A stretch of 41,117 bases of DNA from Candidatus Cloacimonadota bacterium (GCA_021160355.1 JAGHCS010000123.1:1-41117); one strand, 5' to 3'; numbered from the stretch's first letter, positions 1 to 9,421 are shown. Program-made: numbers and translations. Notes: generated from the letters alone by a model not told the origin.

Positions 1-1820
1 CTTACATCAAGGTATGCTTTATTTACATAAACTACAGTCCCATCAATTTTTGTTAATACAATGTACTGACTTGTAGTTTCAACTATTCTAGAAAGTTTAG
101 TAATCTCATCTTCCGCTTGTTTGCGTTCGGTTATGTCTTCTACAGTGCCGTCATAATACAGTATTTTACCGTGGGAATCCCGAATGGAGCGAGCGCTTTC
201 CCTGACATAAATCTCTGATCCGTCCCGCCGCGTCCAGGCAGATTCCAATCCTTTTACTTCACCTTCCTTTTCGATAATTTCAATGAAATGTTTACGGGAA
301 TATGAGAGATCAAAACCTTCTTTTTCGAGATTTCTTCGGGCAAGTTCATCAAAAGACGAATAACCGAGCATTTTGATTAAAGCTGGATTTGCTAGAAGAA
401 TCTTGCCGTCCGGAGTGGTTCGGTAGAGACCTAAAGTGGCATTTTCATACAAACTGCGGAATCGTTCTTCTGATTGCTTTAATGTTTCCTCTGACTTTTT
501 CCGTTCTGTCACATCGGTAAAAAATATAGCGAGTCCTTCCTCAGTGGGAACGATCCTGTTTTCAAACCACTTGTTATAGGGCGGATAATATTCTTGCATC
601 CGTATGAAAACTCTTTCCTTCATCGCTTTTTCATAGTTGAGATGAAAGGGCTGACCCACGCCCTCGGGAAATTCCGTCCAGATATGCTTGCCGATTATCT
701 CTTTGGGATCACGGCCGAAGATCTTGCCCGCCTTTGCATTCATATAGATATAGCACCAGTTTCTGTCCAGTGAGACAAAGGCATCGTTCATACTTTCAAG
801 AACATCGACCAGACGATCGTGAGCGGCTTGCAACCGATTCTCGGCTTCCTTGTTCGCTGTAATATCCTGTACAAAACCGATCACCCGCACAACTCTGCCT
901 TCGTCATTTCGAATATGCGACCACTTGGAGAACATATATCGCACTTCCCCTGTTGATGGATTCACAATTCGGTGTTCAATTTCTCCGCCGGTTTTCCCCT
1001 CCTGGTTGGATTTCCGGTATACCTCATCCACCATAGAGCGGTCATCTGGATGAATCACGTTCAAGTAATTCTCATAACTAACTTCAAATTTTTCTGGCTC
1101 GACCCCGAAAATGCGGTAGGCCTGCTCCGAGCATGTGAGTTTTTGTTGATCGATGTCATACTCCCAGCTCCCCACATTGCCTAATGCCTGCGATTTTGAA
1201 AGGAGTCCCTGATTTTCCTCCAACTTACGTTGCGTGACCAGACGCTGTTCTTCATTCCTGAGAAGGAGTCCGATAAGCAGCGTGGTTGCCGGAAAGATCA
1301 GCATGATTGGCAGCCAAATGGTTTTAATCACGGTAAATCCGGTTGGTAATGGTATCAGCAGCAACTGACACGCCAGCATGGCAATGTGAGCAACAACTCC
1401 GATGCCAAAGAGGGAAAGCGGTCCATATCTTTCCGGATGGTTATCGACCTTTCGTCGAAAGAACAAACCGATCAGGGGGGTTACGACGATGGTTGCAAGT
1501 CCGGCCCAGACGCCGGCGCCGCCCATTAAAGCACGATAAATGCCTGCTATTAGTGTGGCAATAATAGCCACTGTTCCGCCGCCGTACAAACCCGCCAGGA
1601 TTAAAATAATGGATCGTCCATCGTAGATAATACCGGGAGCGTAGTGAAACGGCATCTTCATGCCTGCCAGCGCAACAATTCCAAAAAGTAATCCCAGAAA
1701 AAGCCTACCCCACAGCGGACTCTTGCTGCGGAAACGTGTCAGCAGGCTGTAAAAAGCGCTCAGCGCTACCAGAAGTGCGGCGTTATGGATCAGATCAACA
1801 ACCATGGAAGAGCTTATCAT
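1..1820 (-). CDS. Sensor/signal-transduction protein, partial (C-terminal part lies outside the window): N-terminal 5TM LytS/YhcK-type receptor domain followed by at least three PAS domains
   Basis: Absent from the supplied ORF track because it runs off the window edge. Reading the reverse complement from ATG 1820-1818, the frame stays open to base 1. Translation begins MISSSMVVDLIHNAALLVALSAFYSLL... About 190 aa form five hydrophobic helices. PAS-like blocks follow, each ending in a characteristic linker (VQDITANKEAE, FTDVTERKKSEE, VEDITERKQAEDE). A fourth block starts at the window edge. Confidence 0.8.
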   Translation of the reverse strand, partial: MISSSMVVDLIHNAALLVALSAFYSLLTRFRSKSPLWGRLFLGLLFGIVALAGMKMPFHYAPGIIYDGRSIILILAGLYGGGTVAIIATLIAGIYRALMGGAGVWAGLATIVVTPLIGLFFRRKVDNHPERYGPLSLFGIGVVAHIAMLACQLLLIPLPTGFTVIKTIWLPIMLIFPATTLLIGLLLRNEEQRLVTQRKLEENQGLLSKSQALGNVGSWEYDIDQQKLTCSEQAYRIFGVEPEKFEVSYENYLNVIHPDDRSMVDEVYRKSNQEGKTGGEIEHRIVNPSTGEVRYMFSKWSHIRNDEGRVVRVIGFVQDITANKEAENRLQAAHDRLVDVLESMNDAFVSLDRNWCYIYMNAKAGKIFGRDPKEIIGKHIWTEFPEGVGQPFHLNYEKAMKERVFIRMQEYYPPYNKWFENRIVPTEEGLAIFFTDVTERKKSEETLKQSEERFRSLYENATLGLYRTTPDGKILLANPALIKMLGYSSFDELARRNLEKEGFDLSYSRKHFIEIIEKEGEVKGLESAWTRRDGSEIYVRESARSIRDSHGKILYYDGTVEDITERKQAEDEITKLSRIVETTSQYIVLTKIDGTVVYVNKAYLDV

Positions 1821-2494
1821 TAAAATTCATATAGTGACTTCAGTAAATCATCCGTTTGTTTTTTGTACCCATTTAATGGTTTTTTTGATAATTGCAACAT
1901 ATTTACATTATAACTTGTAATATACTGCAATATTATCAATTTAGTTCTCTTATATCTTTGCAATATAACCTCATTTCTTATTTTACTTTTCCCATAGAAA
2001 ACATTTATCCAAAATGATTTAAAATAATTTTTTTCTGTCAACACAAATAATTTCTTGCAAAAAACACGCTTGCCTTCAAAAAATTTTAAAACCTTGGGGC
2101 AGAGATTAATTTTAAAATACTTTGTGAACACAATGTCGCTACTACGTAGCTTGAAATCTGTGCTTTCTCACACCGAAAGCTAACCCGTCTTCACTAAAGC
2201 TTCGCCTTGGCACAATTCGGCTACAAATATATTGCTTCTAGGAAGCTGAAAATATACTAATCAGCCAGTCTTTTAAAAGGACACAATCGCATAGCGGTGA
2301 AATCTTTGTAGCTCAACGCGTGAGCTTCGAGTTTAATTCGGGTTGGATCGGAGAATAATATAATAATTGAATAAAGAAAATTCTTAAAATTGACTATCCC
2401 CGTAGCAAGCCACGAGGAATTCTGTTGATTAAAATTTGACAATCAAAAACAACGTCCGCTCTTTATCAAAAAAAATTAATTCTTATAAAAAATC

Positions 2495-2761
2495 ATGAAA
2501 TACGATATTGACCAAACGTGCAAAATATTAAAAGCACTCTCTCATCCAGACAGACTGAAGATTGTGATCGGACTGTATCACGACGAATGTAATGTTTCCT
2601 CCTGTCAGAAGAAAATGGGGCTCCCGCAATCGACTATATCTCAACATCTTAAAACCATCAAAGAAGCAGGAATTTGCGTCAGTATGCGCAAGGGAAATCA
2701 GGTCTGCTATAAAGTGGTTAATGAGTTTGCGATTGAAGTTATCAAAATCATAGAAGGGTAA
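2495..2761 (+). CDS. ArsR/SmtB-family winged-helix transcriptional regulator
   Basis: 88-aa ORF. Family signature LKALSHPDRLKIVIGL ... LPQSTISQHLKTIKEAGI. Cys pair ECNVSSC at the position of the alpha3 sensing site. Confidence 0.85.
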   Translation: MKYDIDQTCKILKALSHPDRLKIVIGLYHDECNVSSCQKKMGLPQSTISQHLKTIKEAGICVSMRKGNQVCYKVVNEFAIEVIKIIEG

Positions 2762-2826
2762 ATTTTTTTTCTTATGTATATCAAATTATTCAAATATAGC
2801 AATAAACAAATAATAAGGAGAATTAC

Positions 2827-3669
2827 ATGAAACACACTATTACACGTAAGGAAGATCTCAATGCTGCTGATTATGTCATTGATGTCATTGCTCCTAAGGT
2901 GGCAAAGAAATTCCGGCCCGGTAATTTCGCTGTGCTAATCACCAGATCCAATGGTGAAAGGATCCCGATGTCCATCGAGAAGGCAGAAGGAGATAAGATC
3001 ACCATGTATATCAAGCGGCTTGGAAAAACATCCCGCGAACTGGATACATGGAATGTGGGTGATGCGCTTTACAAAGTGATCGGACCCATGGGAACACCTC
3101 CCCCGCTTAAGAAATATGGCACTGTTGTTTTTGCATCAGATCTCGTATGCGGGCACGCAGAAAATAATGCAATGTGTAGAGAATTAAAAAAAATTGAAGG
3201 AAATCATGTGATTTCCATCCAGAGTTTTCCTACAAAAGAAGATGTATATCCTGAAAAAGAAAGAGCAAAAAAAGATGCAGATGAATACATCCTTGCAACA
3301 GGAGATGGCTCTGTCGGTAGAAAAGGGCACATGATCGATGTGTTACAAGAATTGTTGGAGGAAAGAAAAATTGATATGGTCTTTGCGGGAGGTGATATAC
3401 CTGCATTACAAAAACTATCCGAATTAACAAAAAAATATAATGTCCCTGTTATGACAACAGTTCGACAAATAATGGTTGACGCAACCGGAATGTGCGGTTC
3501 ATGCCGTGTTTTCATAGATGGAGAGCAGAAACTCGCATGCATCGACGGTCCCATGTTTGATGGACACAAGGTGGATTGGGAAGCTGCAATAAGCCGTTTG
3601 GCTATGTTCAAGGGAAAAGAAGCAGAAGCAATGGAATGCTACAATGAAAAAATGAAGGCGGTGGTATAA
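2827..3669 (+). CDS. NfnA/SudB-like FAD/NAD(P)-binding electron-transfer subunit with C-terminal 2Fe-2S site
   Basis: 280 aa with AAGGAG RBS upstream. Ferredoxin-reductase-type fold and C-terminal motif MCGSCRV...CIDGP, as in PyrK/SudB/NfnA proteins. One-nt TAATG overlap with the following GltD-like gene. Confidence 0.8.
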   Translation: MKHTITRKEDLNAADYVIDVIAPKVAKKFRPGNFAVLITRSNGERIPMSIEKAEGDKITMYIKRLGKTSRELDTWNVGDALYKVIGPMGTPPPLKKYGTVVFASDLVCGHAENNAMCRELKKIEGNHVISIQSFPTKEDVYPEKERAKKDADEYILATGDGSVGRKGHMIDVLQELLEERKIDMVFAGGDIPALQKLSELTKKYNVPVMTTVRQIMVDATGMCGSCRVFIDGEQKLACIDGPMFDGHKVDWEAAISRLAMFKGKEAEAMECYNEKMKAVV

Positions 3670-5045
3670 TGGCTATACAGGAAAGAATACCTATGCGCGA
3701 GCAGGATCCAGAAGTCAGGATCACGAACTTCCTTTCGGTTCCTCTTGGATATTCTGCAGAGGAAGCGGTGGCAGAAGCAAAAAGATGCCTTCAATGTAAA
3801 GTACCTCTGTGTGAAACGGGATGTCCTGTCCGAATGGATATTAAGGATATTATAAATTTAATTGCTGATGAAAAATTCGAAGAAGCATTCCTTCTTTCCA
3901 AAAAAGACAATGCTGTTCCTGCAATGACAGGCCGGGTCTGTCCACAAGAAGATCAATGCGAAGGAAAATGCGTGCTGGATAAAACAGGGCAACCAATAAA
4001 TATTGGAAAATTGTTTGCATTTGTCGCAGACTGGGCACGTGACAACGAGCTCATGGACGAAACCACTCCGCAAGAGAATGGAAAAAAGGTGGCAATTGTG
4101 GGTTCTGGTCCAGCGAGTATTACATGCGCTGTCGATCTTCGTAAGCTTGGTTGTCATGTGACAATATTTGAAGCGCTGCACATGGCTGGTGGTGTGCTCC
4201 AGTATGGAATTCCCGCGTTCAGATTACCGAGAGATGTAGTTGATTATGAACTTTCCTATCTAGAAAAAATCGGTGTGGACATCCAACTCAATCAAGTCGT
4301 GGGACAGAATGTGGACTTCGAAGAACTCAAAAAGGATTACGATGCGATATACCTCGCAACAGGTGCAGGTGCTCCACGATTCCTCAATTGCGAAGGAGAA
4401 AAACTAAAAGGCGTGTACTCAGCAAACGAATTCCTGATCAGGGTAAACCTGATGAAAGCGTATAAATTTCCAAGCTGGGATACTCCCATATTTTGTGGAA
4501 ATAAAGTAGGTGTGATCGGATGCGGAAATGTTGCAATGGATTCGGCACGCTGTGCAAAACGTCTCGGTGCAAAAGAAGTGTATATACTCTACAGGCGGAC
4601 AAAGCAATGTGCTCCTGCTCGTGCAGAAGAAATCCATCATGCAGAAGAAGAAGGCATCATATTCAAAGAAATGATCTCTCCATGCCGTATGCTTGGTAAT
4701 GAGGACGGTTGGGTAACCGGTATCGAAATGGTAAAGACCGAATTCAAGGGAACCGATAAAAGCGGACGCCCAAGACCGGTAAATATTGAGGGATCTGAAT
4801 TCATAATGGAGGTAGATACTATCATTAATGCTCTCGGCACGACACCAAACAGACTATTCCTGAGCAATGTTCCCGAACTGGAAACCCATTCCTGGGGCGG
4901 GATCAAGGTCGATGACAACTTCATGACAAATATTCCGGGTGTTTTTGCCGGTGGTGATGCACTCTCCGGAGGATCTACTGTGATCGAAGCAATGGGCAAC
5001 GGCAGAGATGCTGCCGAATCAATAAATAAATATCTGAACAAATAA
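3669..5045 (+). CDS. NfnB/SudA-like (glutamate synthase small-chain GltD family) NADPH-dependent oxidoreductase
   Basis: 458 aa. N-terminal Fe-S Cys clusters CLQCKVPLCETGCP and CPQEDQCEGKC. FAD fold VAIVGSGPAS and second Rossmann VGVIGCGNVAMD. C-terminal GVFAGGD. Confidence 0.85.
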   Translation: MAIQERIPMREQDPEVRITNFLSVPLGYSAEEAVAEAKRCLQCKVPLCETGCPVRMDIKDIINLIADEKFEEAFLLSKKDNAVPAMTGRVCPQEDQCEGKCVLDKTGQPINIGKLFAFVADWARDNELMDETTPQENGKKVAIVGSGPASITCAVDLRKLGCHVTIFEALHMAGGVLQYGIPAFRLPRDVVDYELSYLEKIGVDIQLNQVVGQNVDFEELKKDYDAIYLATGAGAPRFLNCEGEKLKGVYSANEFLIRVNLMKAYKFPSWDTPIFCGNKVGVIGCGNVAMDSARCAKRLGAKEVYILYRRTKQCAPARAEEIHHAEEEGIIFKEMISPCRMLGNEDGWVTGIEMVKTEFKGTDKSGRPRPVNIEGSEFIMEVDTIINALGTTPNRLFLSNVPELETHSWGGIKVDDNFMTNIPGVFAGGDALSGGSTVIEAMGNGRDAAESINKYLNK

Positions 5046-5065
5046 ATTCTCTCTCACTCAAGCAT

Positions 5066-5104
5066 AAAGAGCCGCCTGAAATTGTTCGGGCGGTTCTTTT
5101 ATTA
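5066..5104 (+). terminator. Rho-independent terminator after the nfnAB-like pair
   Basis: AAAGAGCCGCC - 12-nt loop - GGCGGTTCTTT followed by TATT. Lies about 20 nt after the stop at 5045. Confidence 0.6.
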
Positions 5105-5254
5105 TCTTAAAAAAAACAGAGCTTTCTCTCGCTATCCGCGTTCCAGCTTGAAACACCGGGACAGAAATTGCTCAATTTATTGACATAAATCACATATCAA
5201 AGTTTGTTAAAACACATAAACGAAGGAAAAAATAATGAAGAAAAAGGAACTTAT

Positions 5255-6775
5255 ATGAAAAAGACGATCCTTGTTTCCTTAACACTTGTTACTGCACTAA
5301 TCCTTGTATGCAATTCACTTTCTGCAATTGAGTTATTAAAAGGCAAAACCCTGTACATGCAGGCACAGAATTTAGAGAAAAAAGCCGACTATTTCAACGC
5401 CCTTGAGCTTTATAAACAGGCTCGGCAGGAGCTACTCAATGAAGATGATATTGCCCTTGCAGATCAGTGCCGCCAGGCATGCACGCGGATGATAAAAATA
5501 ACTCTTACCTATACTCACACAGAAGAAGAGATGAGGAAAATGATCAAAGAGAAGTACCCGGATACATCCGACGAACGTATCGACCAGGTCATCGCAGACG
5601 GACGCCTGGCACATCTTGAGATCGGTGGAGAAACCTATTACTTCGACCATTTTTTGAACACGCTCTATCATATTTATCCTGATTTCATGACCGAAGAAGC
5701 AAAAGGGGCATTGGGAAAAATGGGGAAAATCTTTGACATCATGTCTCAGTATTTGTATGAAAAGGATGATATTCCCTCCTGGCAGTCACTCTCGAGTCCA
5801 CTTACTTTCGAGTTCGATGCCTATCTCTCCATTCCAAGAGATTCATTCCCGGATGAAGGAGTACTGCGTGTCTGGATGCCGCTCCCGCTTTCAAATTCAT
5901 CGCAGACAGATATTGTGATTGAATCTATCTGTTCCGAAGAATACATTCCATATCCTGCTCAGCTTGATGGCGATATCGGGTATGTGTATTATGAGTTCCC
6001 GCTGGAAGAAATCCAGGACAGCATACGTATCGGTGCTAAATTTTCTTATACCTCTTATGAAGTTCGATTCAATGTCCATCCGGAAAAAGTTGGTGAATAT
6101 GATAAAACTTCCTTGCTTTATAAGCAATATACGGCATCAGACAAAAATATTGCAATCACACCGGAAATTATACGCACGGCAAGAAAAATTGCCGGAGATG
6201 AAAAAAATCCCTATCTCATCGCAAAGAAATTCTATGATCATATTGTGTACGACCTTGATTACAGCTATATGCCACATGTGGCATTGGAAGCATTGAAAAT
6301 CCCTGAATCCGTCTTTGTTCACGAACACGGTTATGGCGACTGCGGTGCGCAGAGCATGTACTTTTCCGCACTATGTCGTGCAGTTGGAATTCCTGCTCGT
6401 GCTTCCGGTGGCATGCAGCTTTTCCCACTGAGCGCAGCACATTGCGGTGACCACTTCTGGGCGCATATTTTCATGCCAAACTACGGCTGGATACCGGTCG
6501 ACACTTCTGTCGGACAAGCAGCAAAATATATTATTACGATTACAAAAGAACAGCAAACAGATTTTATCGAATACTTTTTCGGTAATATAGATCCATTCCG
6601 TTATCTCATCCAGGTGGATGTTGATGTTCCGCTAGAACCTGCTCCTGAAGAACCTTTATTATTCGGAATGGTGCTCCAGGCGCCAACAGCAGAATGCATG
6701 GAAATGGATGAAAACCCCGGATTACTTTTTATGGAATATTGGAAGATAAGCTGCAAGGAAGTATCTCAACCATAA
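5255..6775 (+). CDS. Secreted transglutaminase-like domain protein
   Basis: The ORF track starts at TTG 5204. ATG 5255 gives a signal peptide, MKKTILVSLTLVTALILVCNSLSA. Transglutaminase-like Cys-His-Asp core: GYGDCGAQSMYF, DHFWAHIF, WIPVDTS. Confidence 0.8.
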   Translation: MKKTILVSLTLVTALILVCNSLSAIELLKGKTLYMQAQNLEKKADYFNALELYKQARQELLNEDDIALADQCRQACTRMIKITLTYTHTEEEMRKMIKEKYPDTSDERIDQVIADGRLAHLEIGGETYYFDHFLNTLYHIYPDFMTEEAKGALGKMGKIFDIMSQYLYEKDDIPSWQSLSSPLTFEFDAYLSIPRDSFPDEGVLRVWMPLPLSNSSQTDIVIESICSEEYIPYPAQLDGDIGYVYYEFPLEEIQDSIRIGAKFSYTSYEVRFNVHPEKVGEYDKTSLLYKQYTASDKNIAITPEIIRTARKIAGDEKNPYLIAKKFYDHIVYDLDYSYMPHVALEALKIPESVFVHEHGYGDCGAQSMYFSALCRAVGIPARASGGMQLFPLSAAHCGDHFWAHIFMPNYGWIPVDTSVGQAAKYIITITKEQQTDFIEYFFGNIDPFRYLIQVDVDVPLEPAPEEPLLFGMVLQAPTAECMEMDENPGLLFMEYWKISCKEVSQP

Positions 6776-6811
6776 TATAGAAAAAATACTCTCGCCAAGG
6801 GAAGGAGAAAG

Positions 6812-7474
6812 ATGAAAATTGTAACAGCACTTTTGATGATAATCGTGTTGTCCTGTTCCGTTGTATACGGGCAAACAGAGAAGGACTCTACGCCCATACA
6901 TTATTTGATGGTTATGTATGGTAAGAATCAACTTTATTTTGATTCTATCAATTCACATCAAATCATATCGATTGGATATAATCCCATGCAAAAAAACAAA
7001 GGATTCGGTCTCAATGCATGGTATCTTAAGGATGATCATACTTCATACTACGGATATAAAGAAAGTTGGATTATTATCCAGCCATCTACTCAATTACTCT
7101 ATGAATCTTTCGCTTTGAAGCTCGGCATAAACGTATGTATCCTCAGCAAAGGAGAGGAATCCGGATTGAAGTTATGGCAGCCTGCGGTTGAAATAAAATA
7201 TGGCATTATAAAGAAGCTTTACTTCTCTGCCGGTTACAGATCCGACATGTTTTTTGGCCGCATTACTGCTAACCTTCATTACATGTTCAATGATAACATT
7301 TCAGAGATAATGCTCGGTTATACTTATAAGGAAGATTGGAATGAGGATTATAATGGATTTACATATAAGTTCAATTATATGATCTTCAGAAAAGTCCTTC
7401 TTCGAGTTTGTGGCAATGTCGATTTTAAGTTTAATTCAAAAGGGATACAGGGGGGTGTCGGGATGTTGTTTTAA
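6812..7474 (+). CDS. Hypothetical secreted protein, possibly a small outer-membrane beta-barrel
   Basis: 220 aa with AAGGAG RBS and signal peptide MKIVTALLMIIVLSCSVVYG. Alternating aromatic/polar strand-like pattern and a terminal ...GVGMLF (C-terminal Phe). No family recognised. Confidence 0.55.
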   Translation: MKIVTALLMIIVLSCSVVYGQTEKDSTPIHYLMVMYGKNQLYFDSINSHQIISIGYNPMQKNKGFGLNAWYLKDDHTSYYGYKESWIIIQPSTQLLYESFALKLGINVCILSKGEESGLKLWQPAVEIKYGIIKKLYFSAGYRSDMFFGRITANLHYMFNDNISEIMLGYTYKEDWNEDYNGFTYKFNYMIFRKVLLRVCGNVDFKFNSKGIQGGVGMLF

Positions 7475-7553
7475 GAGCAATCAGCCATGAACCATTTAAT
7501 TATTTGACAACAAACATAATATTGAAAATATTTCCGCAATTCAGGAGTATTAC

Positions 7554-8384
7554 ATGAAGCTTACTGTTCTTGTGGACAACAATACGTATATCGACCGCTA
7601 CTTCCTTGCCGAACCGGCACTTTCCTACTTTATCGAGGATGAGGAAAAACGGATTCTCTTTGACTGCGGCTATAGCAGTATCTTTTTTGAAAATGCCCGA
7701 AAAATGGGAATCAATCTGCAGTTTCTTGATTATCTCGTACTGTCACACTGCCATCTCGATCACACCTGGGGCATCGAAACGCTGATCCGCGAATATACTG
7801 AAGCACCCCTTGAAAAACAGGACTTCCAAAAACCACTGCTTGTTGCACACCCAAAGATATTTGTCAGCACTTTTGTCGAAGGCGTGGGTGAGATCGGCAC
7901 GATGCTCTCCGAAAATAAAGCCCGTTCGCACTTTGCTTTACAGCTTAGCAAAGATCCCGTTATGCTTACAGAAAATCTCGTCTTTCTTGGTGAGATACCG
8001 CGCGAGTTCTTTTTTGAATCCATGCCCCCGATAGGAAGAAAAGCCGGTGAAGCTCAAGACGACCTCCTGCCGGATGATACTGCGCTTGCATACAGATCAG
8101 AGAAGGGGCTGGTTATCATCACCGGATGTTCCCATTCGGGGATATGTAATATTACCGAGTATGCAAGAAAAGTTTGTGATGAGAAGCGGATTATCGCTAT
8201 TATTGGCGGACTGCACCTTCTTAATCCTCCCAAAGCTCAGCTTGCCGGCACTGCTGAATATATTAAAAAACTCAACCTTACCTCAGTTTATGCCTGTCAT
8301 TGTACAGACTTTCACTCGAAATGCGCCTTGGCAAAGGTTGCTCCGGTAAAGGAAGTCGGCGTCGGATTGTGTGTGAAATTTTGA
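7554..8384 (+). CDS. MBL-fold metallo-hydrolase
   Basis: 276 aa with AGGAG RBS. HxHxDH motif in LSHCHLDHTWG, and a later GCSHSG. Confidence 0.8.
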   Translation: MKLTVLVDNNTYIDRYFLAEPALSYFIEDEEKRILFDCGYSSIFFENARKMGINLQFLDYLVLSHCHLDHTWGIETLIREYTEAPLEKQDFQKPLLVAHPKIFVSTFVEGVGEIGTMLSENKARSHFALQLSKDPVMLTENLVFLGEIPREFFFESMPPIGRKAGEAQDDLLPDDTALAYRSEKGLVIITGCSHSGICNITEYARKVCDEKRIIAIIGGLHLLNPPKAQLAGTAEYIKKLNLTSVYACHCTDFHSKCALAKVAPVKEVGVGLCVKF

Positions 8385-8446
8385 ATGCTTGGTAAAAATG
8401 AACAATGCTTTCGTTCCTTGCAGGGGTGTAAAGAAAAGGATGTCTT

Positions 8447-9088
8447 TTGAAATATAAATTAGTCATACTGGATTTTGACGGCACGCTTGCGGATACCTTT
8501 CATTGGTTCGTGAAGAATATCCGTGCTGTTGCTGACAAATACGGTTTTAAAAATATCACGGATGATGAGGTTGAGTACCTCCGTAATTTCGATGCCAAGC
8601 ACATGATCAAACACGTTGGATTTCCAATACTTAAGCTCCCCCTGATCGCAAAGCATATGCGTGGACTCATGAAAAAAGAGATCCATACGATCACGCTCTT
8701 TGAGGCTGTTCCTGAAATGCTGCACAAACTGCATGATGCGGGACTTTCACTTGCCGTGGTAAGCACTAACTCCCAGGAAAATGTGAAATCCGTGCTTGGT
8801 CCAGACCTGAGTGTCCTGATCTCAGATTTTGAATGCGGTGTATTGCTGTTTGGCAAAGAGGCCAAATTTAAGAAAATTTCTCATAAGTGTAAAATCCCTC
8901 TCTCAGAAGCGATCTATATTGCAGACGAAATGCGCGACCTCGATTCCGCGCGACATGTGGGGCTCGATATAGGATTTGTCTCCTGGGGATATACCAACCC
9001 GGAACCATTGAGAAAATTAAATCCAACGATGTTTTTTGAGAATGTGGAGGAGATTGGTGAAGAATTGATTAAAAACCAGAAATCCTGA
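8447..9088 (+). CDS. HAD-superfamily hydrolase (phosphoglycolate phosphatase-like)
   Basis: TTG start 6 nt after AAAAGGA. Motif I ILDFDGTLADT, motif II VVSTNS, and a later IADEMRD. Confidence 0.85.
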   Translation: MKYKLVILDFDGTLADTFHWFVKNIRAVADKYGFKNITDDEVEYLRNFDAKHMIKHVGFPILKLPLIAKHMRGLMKKEIHTITLFEAVPEMLHKLHDAGLSLAVVSTNSQENVKSVLGPDLSVLISDFECGVLLFGKEAKFKKISHKCKIPLSEAIYIADEMRDLDSARHVGLDIGFVSWGYTNPEPLRKLNPTMFFENVEEIGEELIKNQKS

Positions 9089-9132
9089 ATAGGGAATTCC
9101 TTATTTTCCGACCCGTAAACGCACTCAATACA

Positions 9133-9223
9133 ATGCATTTTTTTATGCATCACCTAATTCTTACTCACAATCGCTGTGCATGAATCCTTTGTCGTGCACA
9201 AAATGTTAAAAAATTGTGCATGA
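9133..9223. repeat. Cluster of TGCA-core palindromes/repeats in non-coding DNA
   Basis: ATGCAT at 9133-9138 and 9145-9150. TGTGCATGA at 9175-9183 and 9215-9223 (exact, 40 bp apart), with GTGCAC at 9194-9199 between them. TGCA cores are spaced 18 and 22 bp apart. Confidence 0.7.
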
Positions 9224-9277
9224 TTTATGGGGAACTCGCATTCTTTCCTAACACAAATATCCAACGTTTCCATTTAC

Positions 9278-9421
9278 GATGCACTTAAGACATGCTCTAT
9301 TAATGTGAGTACTTGTCATAAGTCGGAAACTTGAAAATAAGATTAAAAGATAGTTCATTAAAGAAATGATAACCTTCGGCATGTCTCAAGTACATCTTAG
9401 TCCAGAGCTTGTGACAAGTAC
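9278..9421. repeat. Two interleaved imperfect inverted-repeat pairs sharing a GTACTTG/CAAGTAC core
   Basis: Pair 1: 9278-9295 GATGCACTTAAGACATGC against 9379-9396 GCATGTCTCAAGTACATC (16/18 complementary). Pair 2: 9309-9323 GTACTTGTCATAAGT against 9407-9421 GCTTGTGACAAGTAC (13/15). Order is L1 L2 R1 R2. Confidence 0.7.

Noticed and set aside
2327-2342. Exact 16-mer TCGAGTTTAATTCGGG shared by 2327-2342 and 12801-12816, both in intergenic DNA. This looked at first like a repeat-element or att-site signature.
   Set aside because: Similarity does not extend beyond the 16-mer on either side. A single 16-nt match among roughly 10^9 position pairs in AT-rich DNA is about what chance predicts.
5179-5193. 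Shared ATTGACATA..AAATCAC box upstream of the transglutaminase-like gene (5179-5193) and rpsU (19063-19080). Similar TTGAC boxes occur at 2389, 2436, 7504 and 35107. Considered as promoter -35 elements.
   Set aside because: No acceptable -10 hexamer lies 16-18 nt downstream in most cases. The promoter consensus of this lineage is unknown to me, so I annotated only the two cases with a plausible -10 (9709, 18234).
5204-5254. N-terminal extensions in the ORF track. These are 5204 for the transglutaminase-like gene, 18158 for cyclophilin, 15616 for acpS, 25097 for rpe and 14132 for kbl.
   Set aside because: The extensions start at TTG/GTG codons, overlap upstream genes or RBS sequences, and precede canonical family N-termini or signal peptides that begin at internal ATGs with Shine-Dalgarno motifs.
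8914-9153. 79-aa minus-strand ORF spanning the HAD 3' end and the start of the non-coding insert.
   Set aside because: It is mostly antisense to the HAD coding sequence, with no RBS or motif. Its only part outside HAD is about 65 nt.
9194-9203. Inverted 10-mer GTGCACAAAA (9194-9203) against TTTTGTGCAC (12737-12746), positioned as if they were terminal inverted repeats around the cassette.
   Set aside because: Only 10 bp with no extension, and the positions do not coincide with the homology breakpoints (9445/9671/12838). Chance is the likeliest explanation.
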